Part shown: positions 28,963-37,967 of the stretch, one piece after another
How positions within the stretch are numbered: position 1 is the first letter of the stretch
Layout of the letters: the number at the start of each line of letters is the position of its first letter
Sequence record: NZ_CP069398.1
Direction: 5' to 3' (one strand)
DNA from: a plasmid
Length of the DNA: 64,000 nt
The notes under the pieces: generated by a model
Told to the model about the DNA's origin: nothing
What the model saw: only the letters and a program-made list of their open reading frames with translations
Database searches by the model: none
Made by a program: the position numbers and the translations under genes

Positions 28963-30267
28963 TTAAGAAACTGGTTCCTTTAATTTAGCAGCATGTTGAT
29001 GCAATAAATCCTGTTCCTCAGTTGTTAATGGTTGTCCTAAATCTTGTTTCAGTTCCGCTATTTCTAACGAACTGTACGTTGAGCAGTGTTCTTGCAGCAA
29101 GTTCTCTTCTTCTGGCGTGAGTTCTTGTCCTAAATCTTGCTTTAACTGGATCATTTCAAGCTGTTGGCCCACTGTAACTTCTGCTTCTTGCGTAGGTTGG
29201 TCTTGCTGCTGTTCAGTTTTTAACCAATCAGGAACCAGTTCCTTACGGATAATATGTTTTGGTTTGGCCAATGTTGTTGTTTGACTTTCGTTATGTATAA
29301 CTTCTTGTTGTTTTGCGTATACTGATGAATAATCCTGCTCTTTAGGCTTTGTTAATTCATAGAATTGATTTTTCGCAATCTGATAGATTAATCGACACAT
29401 ATCCCGTAGGGATAACGGGTTGCCTTGTTGATTGGCTTCATGGACATATTTATCTAATCCTACAATGGATGTATACGCAATATCATGTACTTGCTCTTTT
29501 CTAATCTCAATCTCCGTATCTCGTTGTACGGCTTTTGCAGCATTTTGAATACGAGCATAAAAGTCTTGTAGTTGATGGCCATATTTACCTGCATAGACTT
29601 GATTGACTTTCTTAGGCACACCTTTGATGTAGGTGAATGCCTGTGAAACAGACATTAAATGATTATTTATATGATTTACAGGTAAATCAAGGTTAATAAA
29701 GGCATTCGGTGATTTATCGACCTCTAAGCTTGCTGTATCAACGTTTTCAGCACTTTCTGGATGCGTCACAGGACGTGTCACAGGAGTGGTCATTTCTTCT
29801 TGTTGAAGCGTTTGTATCCCTGTTGTATCATGGGCAAAAAAGATTTCGTCGCAAATGTGATGAAAGTTTTTATGGCTTTTAAGGATAAATACATAACTGT
29901 CCGGATGAGTACCTGTTGTATCTTCTTTAATGTAACGAGCGACAATGATAAACGGTGTCGCTTTTAAGGAGCGTACAAAACGAGAAACGGTACTTTTGGA
30001 CACATTAAATTTCTTCATAAGCGTTTCAGAACGGATCGCTTGAATGCCCGTAGCCACTAGGTTATAGATGACATGATCGAGCATTTCCATTCTCTTTTTA
30101 GGAAATTCTTTATGTATAGCAGATTGTTGTTGTTTAAAGTGGGTACGAAGATTTTCTAAAAAATCTTCTTTCTTTTTCCGAAGTGTGGACTTGTGGGTCC
30201 ATAACCATTTGAACCGTCCATTGAAGGTGTCTACATCTTTTAAATAGCAGGTTAATATCTTTGTCAT
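28963..30267 (-). CDS. Putative replication-initiator-like or HTH DNA-binding protein. The C-terminus has two 30-aa tandem repeats (LKQDLGQxLTxEE..LL).
   Basis: HTH KKFNVSKSTVSRFVRSLK. Start chosen at ATG 30267 because the RBS AAAGGAG lies inside the longer ORF. The Rep assignment is tentative. Confidence 0.4.
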   Translation of the reverse strand: MTKILTCYLKDVDTFNGRFKWLWTHKSTLRKKKEDFLENLRTHFKQQQSAIHKEFPKKRMEMLDHVIYNLVATGIQAIRSETLMKKFNVSKSTVSRFVRSLKATPFIIVARYIKEDTTGTHPDSYVFILKSHKNFHHICDEIFFAHDTTGIQTLQQEEMTTPVTRPVTHPESAENVDTASLEVDKSPNAFINLDLPVNHINNHLMSVSQAFTYIKGVPKKVNQVYAGKYGHQLQDFYARIQNAAKAVQRDTEIEIRKEQVHDIAYTSIVGLDKYVHEANQQGNPLSLRDMCRLIYQIAKNQFYELTKPKEQDYSSVYAKQQEVIHNESQTTTLAKPKHIIRKELVPDWLKTEQQQDQPTQEAEVTVGQQLEMIQLKQDLGQELTPEEENLLQEHCSTYSSLEIAELKQDLGQPLTTEEQDLLHQHAAKLKEPVS

Positions 30268-30734
30268 TTGTTCATCGTCTCCTTTTAGGAACAAAAAAAG
30301 ACACTGTTTCCCTTAGAAAGGAAAACAATGCCTTGATTTTGATGAACTAAGCCCTTGAAATAGATGTCAATTTCGTATAAAATAAAACCATAAGTTTTAT
30401 CTTATCGATAATGAAACTATTAACAAGAGACTTCGACAGGTGTTTTCCCTAGGCTCTTTAGGGGGAACGGTTTAAGGGTGCGGGTAACACTTCTTAAACG
30501 GTTGAAGTCTTTTTTCTATTCCGTACCTTTTTGTTAGTTTTATTATAGCGTTAACTCATCTCAAAATTCAATAAAAAATAGCAAAATATATCAAAACAAG
30601 TATATTTAGCTACAGTCGATCCTTCACTATTTATTGGAGGAATCAACTTCAGCATATATGAATTTAATAGATTTGGGGAGGGGTAAAAAAATACCCCTCC
30701 CCGATTTCCGTTTTATGTGGTATAATGTGAAACT

Positions 30735-31280
30735 TTACTTCTTAAAAAGCTTTGTAAACCAAGACTCCTTTTTTTCTTCAGTATTGGCACCTTCTTTACT
30801 AATAGATGCTAATAATTTTGTTTCTTGCATTTCTCTCATTGATAACATCAGTTGCTCGTCACGTTGCTTCAACTTTTCATCAATGTACTTTTGCTGAGAA
30901 ACTAATAGTTCTTCTTGTTCTTTAAATTTTTCTAAAAGTTGCTTGTTAAACTCTTTTTGCTCATCTAAGGCTTTTTTTATATCCATCACAACTTCGCTCA
31001 GCTCTGCACTCTCTTGCTCACCAGTCTCACTCACAACCTCTACAGTTACTGGAACCCCTTGTGATGTAAGGATTTTGTCTACCTCTTCCGCATTTTTACC
31101 ATTCCCATATAACTCACGTATTCTCGCTAGTACATCTAAACACTCTTTATGAAGTTGATAAGCTTTATGTTCCTTTTTTATGCGTAATAAATGTGCATGA
31201 GAAGCTATGTATCTTCGTAATGTCTGTTGCGGAATACCTGTTTTTTCGCTTATTTGAGGTACGGTAAACCATTCGCTCAC
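30735..31280 (-). CDS. MerR-like N-terminal HTH protein with a long coiled-coil C-terminus.
   Basis: MSEWFTVPQISEKTGIPQQTLRRY HTH, followed by heptad-rich EQKEFNKQLLEKFKEQEELL. Confidence 0.5.
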   Translation of the reverse strand: MSEWFTVPQISEKTGIPQQTLRRYIASHAHLLRIKKEHKAYQLHKECLDVLARIRELYGNGKNAEEVDKILTSQGVPVTVEVVSETGEQESAELSEVVMDIKKALDEQKEFNKQLLEKFKEQEELLVSQQKYIDEKLKQRDEQLMLSMREMQETKLLASISKEGANTEEKKESWFTKLFKK

Positions 31281-31295
31281 ACAATCACCTCCTCT

Positions 31296-31500
31296 TGCTT
31301 ACCACTCACTTATTCTAACAGATTCAACAAAAACAAGCATTATCCTTCTTTTGTGAGTGAGTGAGCTTTAGTTAAACTCATTCGCTCGTTAGTTTAACTC
31401 CACGATGAGTGAGTGGTATGTTTTGTGTGAGTTTTTTGCGGTAAGTTCACCTTTAGTTAAACTAAAGGTGAACTTAAGGTGAACTCGAATTCTTTTTTAT
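31296..31500. repeat. Iteron-like repeat cluster. GTGAGTGAG occurs 4 times in either orientation, AGTTAAACT three times within palindromes, and AAGGTGAACT twice.
   Basis: Seen directly. It lies in the promoter region of the MerR-like gene. It is a candidate operator or origin. Confidence 0.5.
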
Positions 31501-31664
31501 GAAAATGAGGGTAATCACTCTCTGGAAAGTATAAAGAATATAATATATGTAGCATTTAGTATAAATTTAAGCTGTATTTTCTATTATTATTGATGCGAAA
31601 ATGGCCCTATTGGGAAATTAAGGTTATGTAGTTGAACTTAAAATGAAGCAGCTAATTTTAATTT

Positions 31665-31961
31665 ATGAAAAGGATAATTACAGAAATGGAGTGGGGAGGA
31701 GTTTATATGAAGCTGTTAAAGCATAATGCAATTCCAATCTTTATATCTTTCCTTATAGTAGGTTTAATTCTTATGGTTTTATTTATGCTTAAAGGATTAT
31801 TATTACAGCTTATAGGAGCAGCATTAATTATTGTGGCAGCAGTCTTTTGTATTTTTTGTGGCTTGTATCTGTTCGGCTATATAGTATTGGGAGTAATAGG
31901 AATAGTAGCTCCTATTATTGGTTTGTTATTAATAATTGGAATATTCATGTGGATTTTTTAG
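31665..31961 (+). CDS. Small, extremely hydrophobic membrane protein (3 predicted TM segments, GxxxG-rich). The start may be the internal MKLLKH at 31707.
   Basis: Composition only. Confidence 0.4.
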   Translation: MKRIITEMEWGGVYMKLLKHNAIPIFISFLIVGLILMVLFMLKGLLLQLIGAALIIVAAVFCIFCGLYLFGYIVLGVIGIVAPIIGLLLIIGIFMWIF

Positions 31962-32200
31962 GAGAATATAGGGCTTTTATAGGGTTTTTGGATCTTACGT
32001 AATGGTAAATATATGATATATATGTACTTTATTACTTATAATTCAAATAATATCCAATAATTTAGGTCTTAAATATTGGATATAAAAGGAATGTGGGTTC
32101 ATGTAAATCGGAACACAAGTTTGATATCATGAAAAAGAATACAAAAATTCAACAAAAAACTAAAATATATCTAATTTTTAGGTCGTAGGGAGAAATTGAT

Positions 32201-33181
32201 TTGTTATTTTCAAAACTTATAGATCATTACGCTTTAAATGATTTGCATAAAGACCGAAGCGAGGAGTATCAATACTATATTGATTCTGCTCATATACCAA
32301 TAAATATAGATAGAGAAACTTTTTTTGAAGTACCAGCATCACTTTCAGATATTGGATTGAACATAACTTCTAAAGACAAAGGATATAGCATAGGTGAGTT
32401 TGGATTTGAAAGTTTGATACCTTCTGGGGATGATCTGAATGACTACGTAAGAGGAGAGGCTTACTTAAATGAATCTGAAAGTAAGCCTAATGTTATTTTT
32501 GTACATGGTTGGCGAATGAAAGGATTTGATCGGGTAAAGAAGATTTTTCATAGTTCGATTATGAATAACTTAGGATGGAATATGTACTACTATACGCTTC
32601 CTTACCACTTGGAACGTCAGCCAGAGACATCACTTTATAGTGGCGAATTTATGGTTAGTGCCAACATTAATAGGACCGTTGAATCTACTAGACAAGCGAT
32701 TGTTGATCTCAGGGCGTTGATCCAATGGATAAAAAATAACAAACAAGGTCCTGTAATTATAATAGGTGTTAGTCTTGGTGGCTTTATCTCAAATTTAGTT
32801 GCTACACTTGAGTCAGAAATCGATGCATTAGTTTCTATATTCTATTCTAATCGCCTCAGTTATTCGATATGGAATACGATTCCCGGTAAGTATATAAGAC
32901 AGGACTTAGAGGCTCATGGTGTGAATTATAACGATCTAGTTAAATATTGGGAATTAACCGAACCAAATCAAGCTACTCCAAAAATGAATAAAGATAATAT
33001 ACTACTGATTTCTGCTAAACACGATCAATACGTTCACATTCAAGATGCAGATCTGTTATGGGAATCGTGGAGGAAGCCTACACGGTATGTCTACAATTGT
33101 GGGCATGCAGGCATAGTTCTTAAACGAAAAAAAATTGCAAAGGATACCATTTCGTTTCTACAAAATAAGCTAAAGAGGTAA
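32201..33181 (+). CDS. Alpha/beta-hydrolase-fold protein (GVSLGG nucleophile elbow). Cytoplasmic.
   Basis: The GxSxG motif and HGW upstream are typical of alpha/beta hydrolases. Confidence 0.7.
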   Translation: MLFSKLIDHYALNDLHKDRSEEYQYYIDSAHIPINIDRETFFEVPASLSDIGLNITSKDKGYSIGEFGFESLIPSGDDLNDYVRGEAYLNESESKPNVIFVHGWRMKGFDRVKKIFHSSIMNNLGWNMYYYTLPYHLERQPETSLYSGEFMVSANINRTVESTRQAIVDLRALIQWIKNNKQGPVIIIGVSLGGFISNLVATLESEIDALVSIFYSNRLSYSIWNTIPGKYIRQDLEAHGVNYNDLVKYWELTEPNQATPKMNKDNILLISAKHDQYVHIQDADLLWESWRKPTRYVYNCGHAGIVLKRKKIAKDTISFLQNKLKR

Positions 33182-33188
33182 TTAACAT

Positions 33189-34583
33189 ATGTTTATGTTT
33201 ATAATGGTGGCTTTACTGTGGTTAATGAGTTCAATTCTTTTTTTTAGAAATCCTCAAAATGAGAAAATTAGATGGGCAAGTGTTATAGGGTTTTGTGGGG
33301 GCTTTGGAGGAATAGGGGCCTTACTAGGAAAAGGGATAGATAGACCAGAGTGGATATTACACTTGGATGGAATATTTACATCAATAGGACACTATTTTAC
33401 TCCATATGGTATGTTGATTTTTGGAATAGTTTATTCAGATCTCATTGGTAATGTCCGAAAGAGAAATATATTAAAGCTACTTTTACTAATTCCGATTTTC
33501 ATTATGTATTCTATGTTTCAAGTATATCCAGAGTTTAGAGTTGATTTTCGTATTTTAGCGATTTGGGTAGCACCATATGTGATAGCAGCTAATATTTTAT
33601 TGATATACTCCGCATGGCGAGAAGATCGTCCAATTATTAAGAGAAGAAAAATACTGACTTGTGTATTTGTAGTTCCGATGTTTACATTTGCACTAACTAC
33701 AAATATTATCTTAGAAGCATTGGGGATTGTGGGCGTATGGCGTTATAATCCTTGGATTATTGTAATCCAATTTCTTGTATTTGTTTACTTTGGAGTTAAG
33801 TATGGAATTCTTGGAGTGCGGATTAGATTTGAAAAAGAAATGCGTGATTCTACAATGAAAGCAGCGCGTTCTGGTACAGCATTGTTCAACCATACAATAA
33901 AAAATGAAATAGCTAAAATTGATTTGTTAGTGAATCAGATCAAAGAACAGATTCCACCTGAAGAAAAGTCAGCTGAAAATCTAGGGTTAGTTTTAAATTC
34001 AACGAATCACGTTTTAGAGCTTTCAAGGCGTATTCAAAGTAAGTTGGATGTTATAGATCTTAAAGAATCTGAATTTTCTCTAACTGAAAGTATCGATTCA
34101 GCAATTAACTTGCTTAAACCTTACTTGAATATGAATCCTGATATTACAATCATTAAGCAGTATGAAGTTGATGCTATAGTCTTTGGTGATACCGAACAAT
34201 TACAAGAAACTTATTTAAATATAATCAAAAATGCCAGTGAGGCAATGAATGGTCAAGGTGTAATTTTAATAAAAGTCTACAAAACTCGAAAGAAGATTCA
34301 TATTGACTTTATAGATGAGGGTAAAGGAATTGGAAAAGATGAGCTTACTCGCGTGTTAGATCCATTTTATTCAACAAAACATAATCAAACAAATTTTGGG
34401 CTTGGCTTAACCTATTGTTACAATGTCCTCAAAAACCATGGTGGCGATATTTTAGTGAAAAGTAAAGTCGAAAAAGGAACAACTTTTACATTAACTTTGC
34501 CTTCCAAGAGAATTATTGAATTTAGGGTAAATGAACAATCTAACTCTAAACTAGTAGGAGAGAATAGCCTATGGACAAAATAA
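33189..34583 (+). CDS. Sensor histidine kinase with a 6-TM N-terminal domain plus HisKA-like H-box (FNHTIKNEI) and HATPase_c (DEGKGIG, GLGLTY).
   Basis: Motifs seen. Overlaps the downstream response-regulator gene by 13 nt. Confidence 0.85.
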   Translation: MFMFIMVALLWLMSSILFFRNPQNEKIRWASVIGFCGGFGGIGALLGKGIDRPEWILHLDGIFTSIGHYFTPYGMLIFGIVYSDLIGNVRKRNILKLLLLIPIFIMYSMFQVYPEFRVDFRILAIWVAPYVIAANILLIYSAWREDRPIIKRRKILTCVFVVPMFTFALTTNIILEALGIVGVWRYNPWIIVIQFLVFVYFGVKYGILGVRIRFEKEMRDSTMKAARSGTALFNHTIKNEIAKIDLLVNQIKEQIPPEEKSAENLGLVLNSTNHVLELSRRIQSKLDVIDLKESEFSLTESIDSAINLLKPYLNMNPDITIIKQYEVDAIVFGDTEQLQETYLNIIKNASEAMNGQGVILIKVYKTRKKIHIDFIDEGKGIGKDELTRVLDPFYSTKHNQTNFGLGLTYCYNVLKNHGGDILVKSKVEKGTTFTLTLPSKRIIEFRVNEQSNSKLVGENSLWTK

Positions 34584-35158
34584 AATTAATGATTGTAGAA
34601 GATGATCCTGTTTGGATGCAGTGTATAAGTGATTATATAGAAAAAGAGAATGATATTATTGTTGTTAAACAAGCTTACAACAAAGAAGAAGCCTTACAAG
34701 TTGATTATAATAATATTGATGTAGTTTTATTGGATTTAACGTTATTAAAAGATGAGGGTGACGAAGAAAACCTAAGTGGTCTTGAAGTCGCTAGGCATTT
34801 ATACAAAAAAGGTTTAAAGAAAACTATTATGCTAACATCTTGGGATGAAAAGGATATTATACTTGAATGCTTTGATACAGGGGTTGTTAATTACTTAACA
34901 AAAACATCTTATAGAGATATCCCTGACGCTATTAGAGAGGCGTTTAGAGGAAAAGTTAGCCTCCATGCCGATGTCACAAATGTATTAGTTGGAGAGTTAA
35001 GGAAAGAAAGAAAAGTAAAGATATTAACACCAACAGAACGTGAAGTTTATACCTTAAGGGAACAAGGATTAAATAAATCACAAATTGCTGACAAATTATA
35101 TAAATCTGTCGAGACAATAAAAAGACAATTAAGAATTATAAAAAGCAAAATGGAGTGA
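34571..35158 (+). CDS. LuxR/NarL-family response regulator (receiver domain plus LuxR HTH).
   Basis: LLDLTL phospho-Asp region. C-terminal LTPTEREVYTLREQGLNKSQIADKL HTH. Confidence 0.85.
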   Translation: MDKIKLMIVEDDPVWMQCISDYIEKENDIIVVKQAYNKEEALQVDYNNIDVVLLDLTLLKDEGDEENLSGLEVARHLYKKGLKKTIMLTSWDEKDIILECFDTGVVNYLTKTSYRDIPDAIREAFRGKVSLHADVTNVLVGELRKERKVKILTPTEREVYTLREQGLNKSQIADKLYKSVETIKRQLRIIKSKME

Positions 35159-35331
35159 GAAGTTAGTTTGTAGCTAATTTTTCATTGCATTTTGCTTTTT
35201 TTATGTTTTTGAGAACCACAATCTATAAAAAGAAGGTTGTATATTATACCACACCTATGATTATTTGAGGAGGGGTATTTTTTTGACCCTCCCTTAAAAG
35301 TATTAAGTCCTGTAACATTTAAATTACATAA

Positions 35332-35742
35332 TCAATCATTATTTATTATCGAATTTAGGTGATTGGATAAATGTCTTTTTTGATTAGGGGTTAATTTATT
35401 CAGTGTTCTTAAGAGCGACATATCGTTTATAACAAGAGTTTCTGTTACTTCAATATCTTCAGAAGATAACCTATCTAATATAAGTGCGATGCGTTCATTA
35501 TGAACCTGAGGAACATTTAAATTTTCACTCTGCTCAGAAGGTAATATGTCGTAAAGGGTAATGCCTAATACATCACAGATATTTAGCATTGATTCAAATG
35601 TGCCAAATCTTGTTCCTCGTTCAATAGCACTAATAGTAGTCTGAGAAGTGTTAGATAACTTGCCTAATTCAATGGTGGTCATACCTAGGCTTTTACGATA
35701 CTCTTTAATTTTTGTACCAATATATTTTTTTAGCTCATCCAT
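35332..35742 (-). CDS. XRE-family repressor (cI/Rco/ImmR-like), divergent from the conjugation operon.
   Basis: N-terminal HTH IKEYRKSLGMTTIELGKLSNTSQTTISAIERG plus a C-terminal extension. Confidence 0.75.
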   Translation of the reverse strand: MDELKKYIGTKIKEYRKSLGMTTIELGKLSNTSQTTISAIERGTRFGTFESMLNICDVLGITLYDILPSEQSENLNVPQVHNERIALILDRLSSEDIEVTETLVINDMSLLRTLNKLTPNQKRHLSNHLNSIINND

Positions 35743-35886
35743 AATTATCTATCTACTTTCCTTAGATTTATTTATTAATTTTATCAAAATAAATAGTTAT
35801 TGTGAAATTAACCGTAAAAATTTAAAATTTTTTGGGTAAAAAATGTTTACAACTTATTCGATAAAGAATATAATGTAATCAAGGAG

Positions 35887-36102
35887 GTGCTGGAAATAAA
35901 GACCATAAAAGAAAAGAGGTTGGAGAAAAAGTGGAGTCAAACCTATCTAGCTCAATTGTCGGGAGTCCCGCAACCTACTATTTCTCAAATCGAAAATGGG
36001 ACTCGTCAATATCCAACGTTTGAAAATATGAAGAAGATCGCAGAGGCATTGGATCTTAAGTTAGAAGATATTTTCTTACCAAGTCACAAGGATATGAACT
36101 AA
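35887..36102 (+). CDS. Small XRE-family HTH protein (Cro-like), divergent partner of the repressor. The start codon is uncertain: GTG at 35887 directly abuts the SD AAGGAGG.
   Basis: HTH LEKKWSQTYLAQLSGVPQPTISQIENG. Confidence 0.6.
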   Translation: MLEIKTIKEKRLEKKWSQTYLAQLSGVPQPTISQIENGTRQYPTFENMKKIAEALDLKLEDIFLPSHKDMN

Positions 36103-36127
36103 GTTTTAGAATACTTAACGAGGGGCG

Positions 36128-36382
36128 ATGAACATGGAAGCACAAAAGCGACTAGCATTCTATGATATATCAGACGCACGGGCGAAAAGTGCCAAAACCT
36201 TTGATGGAAAGTTGTATACGTTAAAAGGAGGGGTAGCTGTAGAAAAAGGAACGGGCGATATCAAACGTGTAGCTGATATTTATTATGAAGTACGTTCAGT
36301 AATGGATCAGGCCCATACCATCGTCGCCAAGCGAAGAAAGAAAGATGAGGAATTGAAGGAAGTTTTACAAAAGACCTGCTAG
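36128..36382 (+). CDS. Hypothetical 84-aa protein downstream of the cro-like gene.
   Basis: ORF with an RBS. Confidence 0.45.
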   Translation: MNMEAQKRLAFYDISDARAKSAKTFDGKLYTLKGGVAVEKGTGDIKRVADIYYEVRSVMDQAHTIVAKRRKKDEELKEVLQKTC

Positions 36383-36858
36383 TTCTTAGATGCAGCATAC
36401 AAGCGATTTTGAAACGTGCCGAGAGCACGAGAAGTGGTACCTTGATAATCTTATATTGCGTGCCTCCCCTAAACGGATCACAAGGGGGTTAAGGTATACG
36501 ATAACGAAAAGGTTCGATGAGTGCGTCCTAAAACTCATCGGTGATCTAGCACCAAAACAGTGACGGTGTATCCATGATCTGTGAAGAGTGATGGCGTGAG
36601 GGTAACTCCGAAGAAGCGACAACACTCTAATCGGTAGATACACGAGGTTCTTCGTACATGCCGAAAACGTTGTGCATTATTGGGCTTAGTGAAAACTATG
36701 CATGCCAATATAGGGTTTTCCCTTCCAGCCAGAAACGGGTATATATTTCCTTTCATAGCCTTGAAAAGACAGAGATGATCGTTAAACATATGGTAAAATA
36801 TTACTTTCGGTAGGTTTCAGAATCGCTTGTTATGTCTGAATATTAAGAACAAAGGAGA
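36383..36858 (+). promoter_or_regulatory. About 470-nt ORF-free, comparatively GC-rich, hairpin-dense leader preceding the T4SS operon. It is a candidate cis-regulatory or antitermination RNA, or a degenerate group II intron 5' fragment (contains GTGCGTCC at 36524).
   Basis: Hairpins such as GATGAGT..ACTCATC and CCCCT..AGGGGG. The only ORFs here are overlapping minus-strand ones judged spurious. Confidence 0.3.
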
Positions 36859-37329
36859 ATGGTTATGAAAAACAAAAAATGGTTAATTTCTGCGGTTGCA
36901 GGAATCGTTGTGGCTCTAGGAATAGGCGCAGCGTTTGTCTCTTCCTACAATTCAAGTGAAGTGAAAGGAAATGGTGAACTAGAAGAATTAAGTCCTCTTC
37001 AAATGAAGAAATTTATGAAAGAAGATGGCACAGGATTTGTTCTCTATTCTTTCAATGCAAACAAACGAGAAGTAAATATGAATGAGGTAAAAAAAGCTTT
37101 AAAGGAAAATGAAGTTGATGGTAAAGAGTTAGATAGTAATCATCCTCAATACGATCACACAAAAAATCAAATGGACTATGGTTTAAGTCAGGATGGGGAA
37201 ACACTTGCTGTTTATAAGGAAGGAAAGTTAAAACAACAGATTGATTTAGATGAGTATGACTCATCCCAGTTAGAAACAGAACTTTCTCATTTTATTGAAA
37301 CATCCAAAGAACTGTATTTCGAAGAATAA
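36859..37329 (+). CDS. Signal-peptide or membrane-anchored hypothetical protein, first gene of the transfer operon.
   Basis: N-terminal KKWLISAVAGIVVALGIGAAF. Confidence 0.5.
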   Translation: MVMKNKKWLISAVAGIVVALGIGAAFVSSYNSSEVKGNGELEELSPLQMKKFMKEDGTGFVLYSFNANKREVNMNEVKKALKENEVDGKELDSNHPQYDHTKNQMDYGLSQDGETLAVYKEGKLKQQIDLDEYDSSQLETELSHFIETSKELYFEE

Positions 37330-37358
37330 GAGATTTGCTTTGAAAGGTGGTGGTATCT

Positions 37359-37606
37359 TGACGATCTCCCAAAAGGAATTAAAGAAATCAAAAGATCTTG
37401 TGGAAAAGTTGTTGAAAGTGAATGGAAACAAATACAACGACTGGTTACATCAACAACACCAACAGTTTATTGAAGAAAATCAGGATTTAATTCTTCAAGC
37501 ATTAAGCGCCTTTACAGGTGAAGAAGAGGAGGAGGAGAAAAGCGAACCAAAAGTAGCTGAACCAGTTCCTGTAAGACCACAAAGCATTCCAGTAACGCAA
37601 AACTAA
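37359..37606 (+). CDS. Hypothetical protein with a TTG start after RBS AAAGGTGGTGG. The ORF-track version starting at 37295 overlaps the previous gene.
   Basis: ORF with an RBS. Confidence 0.35.
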
Positions 37607-37618
37607 TGAAAAAGAGGA

Positions 37619-37933
37619 GTGAAATACATGTTAGATTTATTAAATAGCGTGGATGTGACGCAGTTAACTTCGCATTTAACCCTTGGGGCGGCTGATGGCA
37701 TGAATGGCCTCATCGAAAGTGGAAAGTCTATTATCAAGTGGATGCAGCGTATTGCAATGGTTGCCGCAGCTCTTGCCTTTTGTGTAGGAGGCTATCACTT
37801 AATTTTAGGTGGAGAACGAGGTCGTCATAAATGTATCGCATGGTTTGTTGGTGGCGCAGTTGGGTTAGTAGTTGTAATGGGTGCTTATGCATTAGCCGAA
37901 GGTGTAAATACAAATATCCGATTCGGAAGCTAA
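37619..37933 (+). CDS. Small two-TM membrane protein with VirB2/TrbC-like topology. Candidate T4SS component.
   Basis: Two hydrophobic helices (AMVAAALAFCVGGYHLILGG and IAWFVGGAVGLVVVMGAYALA). Confidence 0.4.
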   Translation: MKYMLDLLNSVDVTQLTSHLTLGAADGMNGLIESGKSIIKWMQRIAMVAAALAFCVGGYHLILGGERGRHKCIAWFVGGAVGLVVVMGAYALAEGVNTNIRFGS

Positions 37934-37967
37934 GAAAGCTATACAGTTGATTGTATAGCTTTTTTCT

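Noticed and set aside
28963-30294. Considered calling the 443-aa protein a definite plasmid Rep initiator, and the window a plasmid.
   Set aside because: Only an HTH and a vague RepL/RepA_N-like resemblance can be seen by eye. No Rep catalytic motif was recognised, so it is kept as a tentative call pending an HMM search.
36386-36789. Two overlapping minus-strand ORFs (85 and 84 aa) in the leader upstream of the T4SS operon.
   Set aside because: Cys/Arg/His-rich translations are typical of GC-richer structured RNA read in frame, and they overlap each other. The region is better explained as a noncoding leader or intron remnant.
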